Part shown: positions 23,401 to 36,990 of the stretch, piece by piece
How the letters are laid out: each line of letters begins with the position of its first letter
Numbering within the stretch: position 1 is the first letter of the stretch
Source of the DNA: Takakia lepidozioides
Lineage: Eukaryota > Plantae > Bryophyta
DNA length: 64,000 bases
NCBI GenBank assembly: GCA_030704615.1
Contig: CM060732.1
Coordinates: 55,986,001-56,050,000, forward strand
Direction: 5' to 3'
Translations under genes and position numbers: made by a program
Notes under the pieces: generated by a model
The model's input: only the letters and a program-made list of their open reading frames with translations
Told to the model about the DNA's origin: nothing
Databases searched by the model: none

Positions 23401-26400
23401 AAAGCAGCTTCTAAGGGAGACACCATTGCACTCACATGCATGGTCATTTGATTCTTCCATCTGGTACAGGTCTATTGCTACCATGATACGGGCGTATTTG
23501 TTCACAGCAGCCAGTGAACGAGTTGTTGCTGGGCTAAAGAGAAAGTTGTTCAGCCAGCTCATTGGGCAGGCATGCTACTTTCCAACATATCTCTGTCATT
23601 TAGTGCTGAGAAGGACTGCTAGAGTGTTTCTCATACAGGCTGTTTGCTGTGCGCTTCAGTCCTTCTCGAGCGGTTTCCCCTGCATGACCCTAAGTTCATG
23701 AAGCACAGAGCACCTGGATGTTATCTTTAGAAAATATGACCATACTTATTAGGGCCTCCCAGCACCGGCAGACGCTCCAGAAGCAGGTGGGTCCAGCAGT
23801 GCCAGATATGTTATCCGCAGGTGGTTATGAAGATAGACTGGTCACAGTCTCAGTGGATATTGTGCCACTAACCTAACCTGGGGTGCAGGAAATAGCCTTT
23901 TATGATGTGACAAGGACCGGGGAGCTGCTTAACCGGCTTTCAGAGGACACACAAGTGATAAAAAACGCTGCCACTACAAATTTATCAGAAGCTTTGCGCA
24001 GCCTGGCTACTTCAGTGATTGGCCTTGGCTTCATGTTTCAAACCTCATGGAAGCTCACATGTGGGTACTTATTCCTAGTTGTTTGTTTTGGATTGAAATC
24101 ATACGTCATCCATCACTTGTGTTGGTAGCTTTATCCCTCTATATTTATCTAGAATTAAAGATACTGTTCTTTTTCTTCACACAGTGTGGGGTTCTTTGTT
24201 GTTGTTGTTGTTGTTGCTCTTTGAATTGAAGTTGAGAGAGAGCCCATGAGTCAGTTTCCGCCCAGAATGTCCAACACAATAAATGTCAGCAAGGATGTAG
24301 TGGGAGTAGGGCTTTAGAAGTGAAGAGAACTAATGACTCAATGTTTTTGGTAACATACTAATGACGTTTGGATGCAGTGCTAGCACTTGCCGTTGTCCCC
24401 GCTATTTCTCTTGGCCTTCGAGCTTTTGGCAAGTACCTGCGTGAACTTTCACACAAGACACAAGCTGCAGCGGCCGTAGCAGCCTCCATTGCTGAGGTTT
24501 ATTCAAGACCAAATGGGTGTGTGGAAGGTCAAAGATAGCCATTCTGATAGGGCAAGATATTTCTGTGTCTCTACTGATTTTGTCAAGAGATCAAGGGGGT
24601 CACATTGGTAAGTTTTAAACTAATCTAAGTGAGACTTTGGGGCATGCCTGGGTATGGGTTTTGCAGGAATCTTTTGGCGCAGTAAGGACTGTGCGATCTT
24701 TTGCAAATGAGGATTATGAGCGCTCCCGGTATTCCGAAAAAGTGGATTATACACTAAATCTTGGGCTTAGACAAGCTGTATGTGCCTCCAAGCTCCTGCT
24801 TGAATTGCATGATTGTTTTTGTTTTTTGTCACCTTGATTCCTGTTTTGAATCATCCAATTATTGGACCTGGCTGTTCGCCACCTTTGCAGGAAACCATTG
24901 ATTGTGGATTGCATTTATCTGTTGGAGTCTGGTGGTTGATGGAATTCCAAAAGCTTTTGGCTTTGGCACCTAAGCATCAAATTTAGTGGAGTTAATTTTT
25001 GTGGCATGATTCTGCTCTTGTGGCTGTGGGCCATGTTTTATGGTTGTGGTGTGGAGTTCTCGCAGTGATGTGCCCATAAGGTTTATGAGTGGAATGCAGT
25101 TTGGGGCTTGAAAGTTGGTGTTGCTCTTTTGACAGTTAGTAGTCGGCTTGTTCTCGGGAGGTGTCTCAGCAGCAGCAACACTCGCAATTGTCGCTGTGGT
25201 TGTTTATGGGGCACGTTTGACTATTGAGGGAGTGATGACAACTGGCACCCTCACTGCTTTCATTCTGTACAGCTTAACAGGTTCGTTAGATGGGTTGGGA
25301 GTGGTCTTGTGGTTTGGGTTGGGATGACAAGTCACTAGTTGCCCAAATATGGCTTTGTATGGTGGTAATGGGACTTAAGGAACTTGCTTGGAGTCACCCG
25401 TGCCCACTGGTGTAGACTCTACCTGTGGTGTCTGTAGTCTGTACTATCTAGTGTTGCGGATTCTTTGTGATTCTCATTAAAGGGAAGAGCACCATACACG
25501 AATGAATTCCTGCATTCTTATTAACATCTCCCTGTAGTCTACAAGTCACCTGTCTTTATTTTAACCAGTTATATTCTGTCTTTGTTTCAGTGGGCCTCTC
25601 GCTTTCCGCCCTCTCTGGTCTCTACACAACAGCTATGAAGGCAGCAGGAGCCAGTCGACGTGTTTTCCAGCTATTGGACCGGGTTTCTAGTATGCCGGAG
25701 GCTGGGGATAAGAAACCTCTTGGGTCGAACTCGCACCTCCTGTCATTCTTCCCCTCCCCCTCTGTTGTCATCCTCTGACTGTATCAGTATTTTGAGATCC
25801 ACTACATTCTGAATCCAAGAACTGTTCTTCCCCTCCTCATCTGTTGTCATCCTCTGACTGTATCCGTATTTTGAGATCCACTACATTCTGAATCCAAGAA
25901 CTGACTTGGTGGTTATGATTTGAAATCTGCAGGAAGGATGCAGTTGGAGAGATACAGCTGGATGGTGTGTGGTTCGCATATCCATCACGCCCAAAGGAGT
26001 GGGTTCTCAAGGTATGAGTCGCTTCCTGGATGTCCAGAGCTTGAGCTTGTGAGCCATATATTGGGCACTTTATGCTTTTCTTCCTTGTTGACATTTTGGG
26101 TGTTTTCCTCTTCTTTTTTATGTGTACAATACCTGCCGTCGTTGGAAATCAACAGGGATGTTGATTGGTGTAGCATTAATCCAGTTAGGTTGCTGTCATA
26201 TTGGAAAAATTTGTTATCCTGACAACAGGAGTGGTAGTCCTGTCCATCTTGTGTGCTGCTCATCTCTTAAAACCCCAATTTAAATGTGCGGCATGTTTGA
26301 GTTCACTTCTGTGCTGAAATTCAGCTTTATCCTTTTAATCAGATTGAGTTGTGATTGTGCTGTCTTGAGGCAGCTCAGTTGGAGATTGATGGAAGGCTTT

Positions 26401-28283
26401 TTCAATGTGGGGTCCTAATATGGCTCATTTGTTGGTAGGGTGTAGACCTCAAGTTGAAGCCAGGAGCAAAAGTTGCCCTTGTGGGTCCTTCTGGGGGTGG
26501 AAAGGTATGGTCTGATACTTTGAATGGCAATCCTTCAGTGACAGGGGAAATCTTTCTCATTCTAGAGTAGGATGATGTTCAGACTAGGTTCTTGTGTATG
26601 TTTGTGATTATTGAAAATGGTGGAGATCAGCAGATAGTGACATCTTAGGCTCGGTATGAATTTTGTCAACATTCGCATCTTTTGGCTCAATCTGGATGTT
26701 TCTCTGTCCACAATGTAGACAACAATTGCCAACCTCGTCGAAAGATTTTACGACCCTCAAAAGGGCACAATATTTTTCAATGGGGTATCCCTGAAAGATA
26801 TTGACCATCGACTTCTTCATGAGAAGGTACATACTTTTTCCCTTTTGATCTGACTGATTGTCTGTTTATGCGATTTTCAGTGAACATTTACTTTAGAGCT
26901 GGACCCTGTTCAGCAATGATAACCAGGGCACTTCATTGCTCCCTCTTGAGGGCTGGGAGGGGTTCATGTAAGAGGAATGAGGATGGGCACTTCTGCTTGA
27001 AGCTCTCTGACTTCATAGATATATAGGGCATATAGAGTCACCTGTATTATTTGTGTATGTACTTGAGATCACACCTTTCCATCGCACGGGGGAAGGAAGG
27101 CATTATTTGCTTGCTCGTTTTTACCTTGATAACTACTGGGACCTGAAACGTTAGCAAGTGCTCTAGATTTTAAAATAAGGGGTGTTGTTGACATTGGAAA
27201 GTCAGTGAGAGCTCTGAGGTGTGTGAGTGGAATGCTGCAGATAAGCATTGTAAGCCAGGAACCTACTCTGTTCAATTGTACGATTGCTGAGAACATCTCG
27301 TATGGGATGAAGGGCACTGTGGCTGCTTCTGAAATAGAACACGTTGCTGTAAGTCATGCTGTCTCATCTTCATAAAGATGCATGGTTCAAAGAATCGCAG
27401 TAATCTAATTGATATACTATTCTTTGGAGACTGCTAGGGCAATGTGTTGCAATATGTTGTTCAGTTCTAGGTTGTTGCAAATTTAGGCACAGGAATGTCC
27501 TTGGAGATTTTTGCGAGGGACTATTCTGCTGCTTCTGTCGTATATAGTTGTGGAATGACTGTCATACTCTCCATTAACCAGTATTTGCTTGACTGGTTTT
27601 CCACGGTTTCCACCAGAGGATGGCCAATGCCCATGAGTTCATTTCAAGTTTTCCTGAGGGGTATCAAACCCATGTTGGTGAGCGTGGGGTAAGATTATCT
27701 GGGGGACAGAAGCAGCGGATTGCGATAGCTAGGGCTCTTCTTATGGATTCCAGTGTGCTTCTTTTGGACGAGGCTACCAGTGCGTTGGATGCAGAAAGCG
27801 AGTACTTGGTACAGGTAGGGTGTCATGGGTTCTTTGAAATGCGGTAGTAAGGATTCTCCTGTGCACTTCACAGTCAGAAATGGTGGTCTCCATATTACCG
27901 TCTGTGATATTAACCAGCAGATTTCATTGCAGACCAGTGGTTTGCAGAAATTGGGTCATGTGATTTCATGGTCCACCTAGTTCTTAACTTTTCCTTGGTT
28001 CTTGCTTGAATATTGACGTAGGATCTAATGTTATGAAATATGCTATGTGCAGGACGCAATGGATCGCTTGATGAAGGGGCGCAGTGTTTTGGTCATAGCC
28101 CACCGATTGTCAACCGTCCAAAGTGCTGATGTAGTGGCAGTCATAGCAGAGGGTAGAGTCGCAGAAAGTGGCACACATTCGGAGCTCCTCAAAAGCAATG
28201 GCCTCTATGCAGCCTTGGTACGGCGCCAATTACAAGGCCCTGGAAGCACCTCTATGGGCTCAGATCTCGACAAACTAGAGTAG
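20423..28283 (+). CDS. ABCB27: Half-size ABC transporter B family, ABCB27/ALS1/TAP2 type, 17 exons
   Basis: Spliced exons give [53 protein letters not shown], Walker [34 protein letters not shown] and IAHRLST, with stop at 28283. N-terminal EKTPLL dileucine motif fits tonoplast targeting. Confidence 0.95.
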
Positions 28284-28872
28284 ACATCATTATCCCGAAA
28301 AATGGTGCCTGGGATACATGAGCCGGGTACATTACAACCCCACCTTGTCACCAAGATCCAAGCCTGAGATATTCCAACACCCGGAAAATCAGCCTTTTCA
28401 AGTAACATTATTTTGTAAACATTGTCTTTGACAAAGTTTACATTCAGATCCAGATGGAATAAAACAATGTGGCATATTTTTGAAAGACCATTTAATCGGC
28501 AGCAACCTTTCTTTTGTTTCTTTTTTCTTTTTGTTGGGCCTTCTAAGGCAGGACTATGCAAGGGGTTTTGATGCTTAGCACCTAGATGAAGTTCGGAATT
28601 AGTTCAAGACTGATGTAGCGGGAATTTCCCACCCATATATGTAAATGCATGAAATCCCTAGATTAGTATGTCTATGCATGGGTGACAGGCTGAGTTGGGC
28701 AGGGATTGCATGTATTCTATGCATTTTATTGGCCCTACCTTCCTAAGGAAGAACTATGAAAGGGTTTTGATGCTTAGCACCCATACTCGGGATGAAGTTT
28801 CGAATTAGTGCGAACTTCCGTTACAAGTTACAACCGACACACAGAAATGACGACGATGACGTACGACGTGGA

Positions 28873-31800
28873 CAAAGGACCTCTTTGTTGGTTGTGTTTA
28901 CATGCCCACAGAGGGGACCCTTACTGCTGACGCAGACAAGGCCTTCGAAGATGTAAAGCTGGACTGTGCTTCGTTCCTTGCCAAAGGTCAGGTGGTACTA
29001 TTGGGGGACTTCAATACCCGGGTGGGCAAAGGGATCCATCAGGACGATATCATTGGACCTTTTGGTGTGGACGAGCTGAATTCTAATGGCAGACGGTTAA
29101 TTAACTGTCTAGAAGAGCTTCAGCTTTTGACCTTGAATAACAGGACAAGAGGTGACCAAGTGCAGTGGACTCGTGAGAAATCCCAAACTGGGGAACGTTC
29201 CATTGTGGACTATATCATAATGGACAAAATTTTGTTCCCCCAGTGTGCCAATATGTTGATCGACAGAACTGATATTGGTACCTCTGACCACTTCCTGGTT
29301 TGGACTGAGATCAAAAGGTGTTTTCCCACCACCAAGAGATCTGTGAAACGTTCGATTCGGAAGTGGCGCATAGAAAAATTCCACAATGAGGAGGCCTTGC
29401 AAGAGGCTCTCCCTCATTTTGTCCAATCGCTCCAAGAACTTCAGTCACGCTCTGTTAACGCAAGAAATGAAGTCGAAAGAGCAGTGGACTCTTGGGAGAG
29501 TTTTGTTTCCTCCGTGGCTGACAAGATCATTGGGAGGAAACTAATTGTCTGCGGTAGAGCAGTTAATTGGTGGACTAATGAGATTAAACTCAAGATAGCT
29601 GAGAGACGAGCCCTCTATAAAGAGTGCTGCAATTTGGAAACCAACAGAGAATTGTGGGCGAGGTTTTACCAGCTCCGTAAAGATATCAATCAGCTTGTTA
29701 GGTCTCAGAAGAAATTATACTGGGACAAGTTATACAGTGAAATAAACTCAAACCACCATGGTGGTAATGACAAGAAATTCTGGTTGGCCCTTCAACGTTT
29801 GTACAAGCCGAAAAACGGTCAGCAAGTACAAGCGCTGAAGACTACTAAAGGTGCAGTGGTGACTTCATCGGTTGACATTGTCAAAACCTTTGAAACTCAC
29901 TACAGTATCCTTGGCAGAACTTCTAGGTCTAACAGTGAGGGGTCTTCTGCTGAATGGAGGGACACAGTTGGAAAAACTGTTCCTATGATTCAAAACAGCC
30001 CTGATGAACTGGAGTATATTTCAATGGCTTATAATGCTCCCATTAGTTCTTCTGAGATTGTGGAAGCAATTGAAGATATAAAGCTGGTGGACCTGATGGT
30101 ATTGTCAACGAGCTTATCAAGCACGGTGGCGATCCCATGATAGAGGCCCTAGTTCTCCTCTTTAACCTTATCTGGAAGACTGAAATGATCCCCTTTCGCT
30201 GGCGACAGGGGGTCATTGTCAATCTCTACAAGAAGGGTGACAGAGAAGAACCGGGGAACTACCGTGGCATCACGCTCCTCAATGCCGTCTGCTATAAGTA
30301 CTCGTCTCGAGGTTGATCTGGAGTCTAGAGGTTGTTTCCACGAAGGCCAAGCTGGCTTTCAGCGAAACAGGGGCTGTGTGGATCATATCTTCACTCTAAA
30401 CCAGATTATCCAGGGAAGGAAAAAAGAAGGGAAACCCACTTATGTCTTTTTCCTGGGTGTCAAAAAGGCTTATGACACAGTGTGGAGAGATGGCCTATGG
30501 TTCCGCCTCTGGTCTTGTGGGATCAAGGAAAAGATGTGGAGAGTTGTCCACAACTTGTATGCTCACACCAAAAGCTGTGTCACTGTTAACGGACAGAAGT
30601 CCAACTTCTTTGACATAGACCAAGGTGTAGCTCAAGGATGTACTCTCTCCCCTCTGCTCTTCAATGTTTTCATCAATCAACTCCTCGAGGATGTGGAAAG
30701 TGAGGGATTTGGGTTAAGGGTGGGTGATACCACCATACCAGCCCTTATGTTTGCGGATGACTTTGCAGGCATAGGGGAGACCCCAACCAATCTCCAGGAG
30801 TTGATTGATTGCACGAAGAGATACTTTGATCTTTGGGGGCTAGAGGCTAATGTCAGCAAATGTGCAGTGGTAGCATTCAACGACAGAGGAGAGGGAGGAA
30901 GTGATCTTAAGTGGCAGTGGGGTAGTCAAGAGATCCCGGTCCTCCCTTCCTACACTTACCTGGGCGTTGAGTTCTCCTCCAATTGTAATTGGGATGCACA
31001 TATCCGGAAAGTTGTTCAAACTGGCAAGGGCAAAGCTCTGGGGCTCACTAAATTTTTCCACTGCAGAGGGGTCAACTCTGAGGTTAAGAAAACCATGCTT
31101 TGTCGCGTTATTAGACCTGCCTTGGAGTACGGATCTGCTATATGGGTTGATAACTCCAACCAGGCTGAGTCTCTAGAATCCATTCAAGTGGGGGTGCTTA
31201 AGGAGTGTATGTCAGCATGCTCCAAAACAGCCAATGCGGCTGTTCGGGGTGAGTTTGGCATTCCGTCCTTAAGCTCCCGACGAGATGAATTCAAGGTCAG
31301 ATGGTGGAGTCAGCTGCAACATATGCCCAACACCAGATATCCTAAGTTAATCGACTCTATATCTTGGAAACAGGACCGCCCTGTCAAACAGACTAAGTCC
31401 TGGCAGAAGAGAGTAGAAGAGATCCTCAAGGACCTGGACCTGGATCCGGAAGTCTTGACCCTGCTGGATAAATCTGACTTAGAGGCTGTAGTGTCGAAAG
31501 CCATGTCTGTTGCCATGAGATTGTCTGATGAAAATGAAGTTAGGCAGAAAACTTCCCTGAACTTGTTTCCAGTCTGTGACATGGGGGGGGAGGACATCTT
31601 GGATGACCTCAAGGGTCTATCCACTCTCGGCACTAGACTGAAATTTAAACTCAGGGCAGGAAGCCTACCTTTGAACAGCAAACAGAAGCAGAGAGGAAAG
31701 GGAGAGTGCAATTGCCGGTTGTGTGGGCAATCTGAAGACAGTATTCATTTTCTGATACACTGTCCGGGGTTCTCTCACCAAAGAGACGCTCTCTTCAAAT

Positions 31801-32111
31801 CTATTAAGGGTATTGTGCCTGTACCCCTGTTTACCAACTTTGAAAGTCTCGAGGCTGAGCCAAAAGCCCAGGCCCTCCTGAGGCCTAGTTTTTGGGCAAA
31901 TCACACACAGCAGATTGATGCTTGTGTGAAGGGATTTCTAGAGGATATCTGGAAAACCCGGATTAATTCTATATATGGAGGTAAGTCTTACTACCAACGT
32001 CAGCCCCTGACAGAGGTAGGTTCTGTCCCTTTTGTTCCCGCTCAAACTGGGCGCGGGGTCAATGGCCACAAGGCTACGGCAAACAACGTCTTATGAGTAC
32101 AACTCTCTCTC
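28873..32111 (+). mobile_element. 5'-truncated, fairly young LINE (APE, RT, CCHC), RTE-X-like, with two frameshifts
   Basis: APE motifs VYMP, LLGDFN, SIVDY, SDH. RT motifs NYRGITL, QAGF, QGCTLSP, MFADD, YTYLG. CRLC..HFLIHC knuckle. Breaks near 30085 and 30295. Ends ANNVL* then GTACAA(CT)n. Clade assignment tentative. Confidence 0.9.
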
Positions 32112-32782
32112 TTGGGGTCTAAATGCTGGGCAGCTTACACACAAGTAGTTGATGCTTGTGTGAAGGGCTTTTAGAGGATATCTGGAAAACCCAAACTAAT
32201 TGTCACATTACTGGAGAGAGCCCGAGGGACAATCAAGAAGGCTACTTTGGTGTCCAACATGAGAGCTCTGGGAAATAACAGCTGATTTTGGGCCAATTGC
32301 AGGCAGGAAACACTAGTGCTACTACTGCAAATCCGAGAGCTGGACTCCCAAAATTGGAACTGTGCTGGATTCAAACTTGAGAGAAATCTATGTAAGAGCC
32401 TCTCCACTACAACAAATAGTTGTCAACATCGATCAAGGTGCTGGTTGCTCCCCAATCACCCCATAGTACATCAGTCCAACAAGTGTTCTGGCGATTCCCT
32501 TGTTGAACCCAAAATAACTTCAGGATGTACACCACACCTATAATTCCTTGCTAGAGCTGTTGAGTCTCCAACTTTTTCTTGATAAGGTTTGTATCTAGTT
32601 CTTTCTGTTCAGTAATTGTATTGAATTTGAACACCACCACGAGCAGCACTCAGAAAATGCTTGGTGACTGCTTCATCAATAATACAGGTTCTGTCTTCCA
32701 ATATTAATCTTGAAGCAGGACAGAATTATGACCTGTCCACCTGGAAACCTTGACACACTGTCTTGCAAGCATGTTCCTCCTT

Positions 32783-35700
32783 TCACCAGTAATCCCCACA
32801 GGAACATTCCCCATCTTGGAAGTGATGGAAGCGATTGGCATCCCGTACAACAATTGCCCGCCCAACAATTTTTGAGATGAACTTGGTGGCCGTGTGAAAG
32901 TCACCACACACCCGAAGGTTCTTGATAATGCGAAGAGCTGTCCCAAGGGGCATACTGATCAGCCCAAAAGCAATGGCAAGCTTCTCACTGTGGTGGCAAA
33001 GAGAAAATTCCTTTTGCTGCTCCGCCAAATCATGCAGTACTAAGCGCGTGTCAGGGGACGTCCTTCATTTGCCCAGACAGTCTGTTCAGCTCAGCGTGGA
33101 TTTCGTTGATTTGGGGATGCAATGTGTCTGCAACAACGAATGCATGCACCCGGTTGTCAACCTGAATGGAGCTGTAGCCTGGCTCCTTTTTCACACCTCG
33201 CTCCTTCATCTTTTTTCTGACCTTTGCTGCATCATCCCACCTGCCAGCCGCAGCATAGATGTTGGACAGCAGCACATAAGTTGCAGCATCCTGTGGATTC
33301 CAATTGAGAAGCCATTTTGCTGCACGTTCTGCTACCTCCACATTGCCATGAACTCTGCAGGCACCAAGGAAGGCTTTCCATGCCACAGCACCTGGTTCGA
33401 TTGGACTTTTGGTGATGAAGTCCTCTGCCTCCTCCAATCTCCCTGCACGGCCAAGAAGGTCCACCATGCAGCCAAAATGCTCCCCTGTAGGAGTGAGGCC
33501 ATGATCTCGATTCATGGAATCAAAGAAATGGCACCCTTCATCCACTAAGCCCACATGGCTACATGCAGAGAGAAGACATACGAAGGTGATACCATTCGGC
33601 TTCAAGCCTTCCTGCTGCATTTCTGCAAATAGTTGCAGGGCTTCCATACCAGAGCCATTCTGAGCATATCCTGCAATGATTGTGTTCCATGAAACCACAT
33701 CTCGTTGAACCATTTTATCAAGCACTTGGCGGGCGTCCTTTATGCTCCCGCATTTGGCATACATGTCAATAAGGGTATTCTCCAGATTGATATTGGGCTC
33801 AATTCCAGCTTTGATGATGTCACCATGGACCCCTATGCCCCTTTCCAACGCTGCCATACTGGCACATGCATTGAGAACACAGATGAATGTCACCCTGTCA
33901 GCTATCACCTGTTCTTGTTTCATTTGCTCATAGAACTCGAAAGCCTCCCTGCCAAACCCATTCTGAGCATATCCTGCAATCATGACACTCCATGAGAAAA
34001 CATTTCGTTGACCCATATTGTCAAACACTTGACGCGCATCCTTCATGCTCCCACATTTGGCATACATGTCGACAAGGGCAGTCCCCAGAATGACATCTTG
34101 TGCAATTCCAGCTTTGGTGAGGCGCACGTGGACCTCTTCACCCTTTTCCAGGGCGGCCAGGCTGGAACATGCACCGAGAACACAAATGAATGTGACGTTG
34201 TCAGGCATCACACCTTCTTGCATCATCTGCTCAAATATCTCCAAAGCCTCCATACCACAACCATTCTGAGCATATCCTGTGATCATTGCATTCCATGAGA
34301 CCTTATCTGGTTTAGCCATTTTGTTGAACACTTCACGTGCATCCTTCATGCTCCCACACTTGGCATACATGTCGACAAGGGCAGTCTCCAGAATGACATC
34401 TTGTGCAATTCCAGCTTCGATGATGTCTGCACAGACCTCTTTGCCCTTCTCAAGAGCTGACAGCCTCGCACATGCCTTGAGAACACAGGTGAATGTGACC
34501 TTATCAGGCTTAACCCCTTCACACATCATTTGTTCATACATCTCCAAAGCCTCCCTACCAGACCCATGATTGGCATATCCTGCGATCATAGTGCTCCACG
34601 AAACCATATCTCGTTCAACCATGTTGGCAAACACTTGGTGCGCGTCCTTCATGCTCCCACATTTCGCATACATATTAATGAGGGTGTTTTCTAAGTTGAT
34701 ATATGACACGATCCCAAATTTGATGATGTCACCATGGACCTCTTTGCCCTTTTCCAGGGCTTCTATGCTCGCACACGCCTTGAGAATGCACAAGAATGTG
34801 ACGTCATCAGGCGTCACCCCTTCCCGTATCATTTGCTCATACATTAGGGAATTCCAAAAAGGCCTTGATGTGAAATGCATCGCAATTCACTTGATCACCC
34901 CCTAAAAGTGCGCAATTCAATTGAATTGCAAGGGCAATTCAATTGAACTAACCCTAATTTGTAATTCAATTGAATTGTCGGCACACTATTCAATTGAATT
35001 GCGAATTGGCAATTCAATTGAATTGCTGACTACAATTCAATTGAATTGTAATCTATAATTTTTCACTTATTTCTGTATATAATATATATATGTATATATT
35101 TAAACTATACATATATACATACACAGGTATAAGCTAAAAATACATGTTGCCCGTCTATTCTTGTTGTCCGTCTGTCAATCCTTTGCCCGTGGTAAGGCTT
35201 GAGCCCAAGATAAGCCTAAGGGAGAGCGAGAGAGGGAGAGAGAGAGAGGGAAGTCACGAAGCGCTTGTAAAAGCGGGATTGTCTCTCTTTGTGGATGTTG
35301 GTGCCAATATATGGCTATGTACATATACCAAACATGATACCAATGTAAGAGTATCAACGTGTAAGAGTTTGATATATTAAACTTATATAGAACACACATC
35401 CCAACTTCAACATGATACCTTTGTAAGGGTATCGAAATTTTTGATAATTCTCAAGATGAACATATTTGTTTTCCTTGTCTTGGGCCAGATACTAGTGTTA
35501 GGGGACTACATGGTGATGCAGGGGAAGCCTTTCATCAATTGTCAGGTTTGATTTTGTCTGTTTTTTTTCGGAGCCAGCCATGTTTCTTTTGCCATTGAAT
35601 CACAGGAAGCTACTGATTTGTCTCCGTCTCTGGCTCTCCCTTTCTCGCTGAGGCTGAGGGTGGTTTCACAACCCCACAATTTCCTCAAGGGCACAAGAAA

Positions 35701-36557
35701 GAGGGCCAGCAAGAATAGACGGGCAACATGTATATTTTTAGCTTATACTCTTATATATGTATAAATATAATTTGAATATATATATGTACATATAGATTAT
35801 ATATTATATACAAAAATAAGTTAAAAATTATAGATTACAATTCAATTGAATTGCAAATTAGGGTTCGTTCAATTGAATTGCCCTTGCAATTCAATTCAAT
35901 TGCGCACTTTTAAGGGGGTGATCAAGTGAATTGCGATGCATTTCACATCAAGGCCTTTTTGGAATTCCCTACATACATCTCCACGGCCTCCTGACCACCC
36001 CCATGCTTCACATATCTTGTCATCATTATAGTCCACGTAAGCAAAGTCCGTTCAGGCATTTTGTCAAACACTTGGCGTGCATCCTTCATGCTCCCACACT
36101 TCGCATACATGTTGACAAGCGTATGTTGTAGATTAGATGACATGATTCCAGACTTGATGATGTCAGTATGGACCTCTTTACCCGTTTCCAAAGCTCCTAG
36201 GCTGGCACACGCGAACACACACAATCGTGACACTGTTTGGCATCACCCCATCCTGTATCATTTGCTCATACATCTCAACAGCCTCCGGATAACACTTGTG
36301 CTTCAGACAAGCTGCCATCATTGTACTCCACGTAGGCCTAAACAAAGTTCTTTCAAGCATTTTGTCAAACACATTGCGTGCATCCACCATGCTTCCATAC
36401 TTGGCATACATGTTCAAAAGGCTGTTGAGTACGAAGATGCTCGGTTTGAACCCACTTTGCACAATGTGGGCATGCACATGCTTTCCCTCTGATAGGCCTT
36501 GCATGTTGATGCACTCGTGCAAGAGACACACACAAGTTTCAAAATCTGCTAAAATCC
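32783..36557 (-). pseudogene. Pseudogenised duplicate of the PLS-DYW PPR gene
   Basis: 8-nt deletion near 33058 frameshifts the DYW domain, CGDCH has become CGDFH, a TIR element sits at 34845, further indels lie near 36211 and 36335, and the 5' exons including the PDF motif are deleted. Confidence 0.93.
34845..35971. mobile_element. Foldback-type non-autonomous DNA transposon with long TIRs
   Basis: TAGGGAATTCC...GGAATTCCCTA ends, TIRs of about 270-320 bp with repeated CAATTCAATTGAATTG palindromes, and 7-bp TSD CATACAT confirmed by the empty site near 13247-13253. Confidence 0.92.
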
Positions 36558-36990
36558 CACGGATGCGCTTGCGGATGATCAATATATACCCAGAGGAAAG
36601 AAATATCGTCTAAGAAAGCAAAAATCTCTCTAATGTCTTGCACCCTTTTTTTTCGAACAGCCATAACATCCTCACTCCGGGTATTGAAAAGCGCAAATAG
36701 GAAGATTGTAGTCTGGATTGAGAACTTTCCAACACCTCCCTCGCCGAAAAGGGAACAACGTTATCAAAGTTATGGCGTCCAAAATCCATGGAACGGCATC
36801 AGAATGTAGTAAGAGATTCTGCTGCTTGCCTTTGCTGTTGTTGCCTGTCACATTGGCCCAAGTTGTTTTGTAGGCGAGGGGTGAGGCGGCCGCCCTTTGT
36901 ATAGAGGTGGACGAGCCCACACAAACAGAGATGAAATTGGAGGTTGAAAAGGGGGGCCCCGGGCGGGCCCAATCTCTAAGGTTTCTTGCA

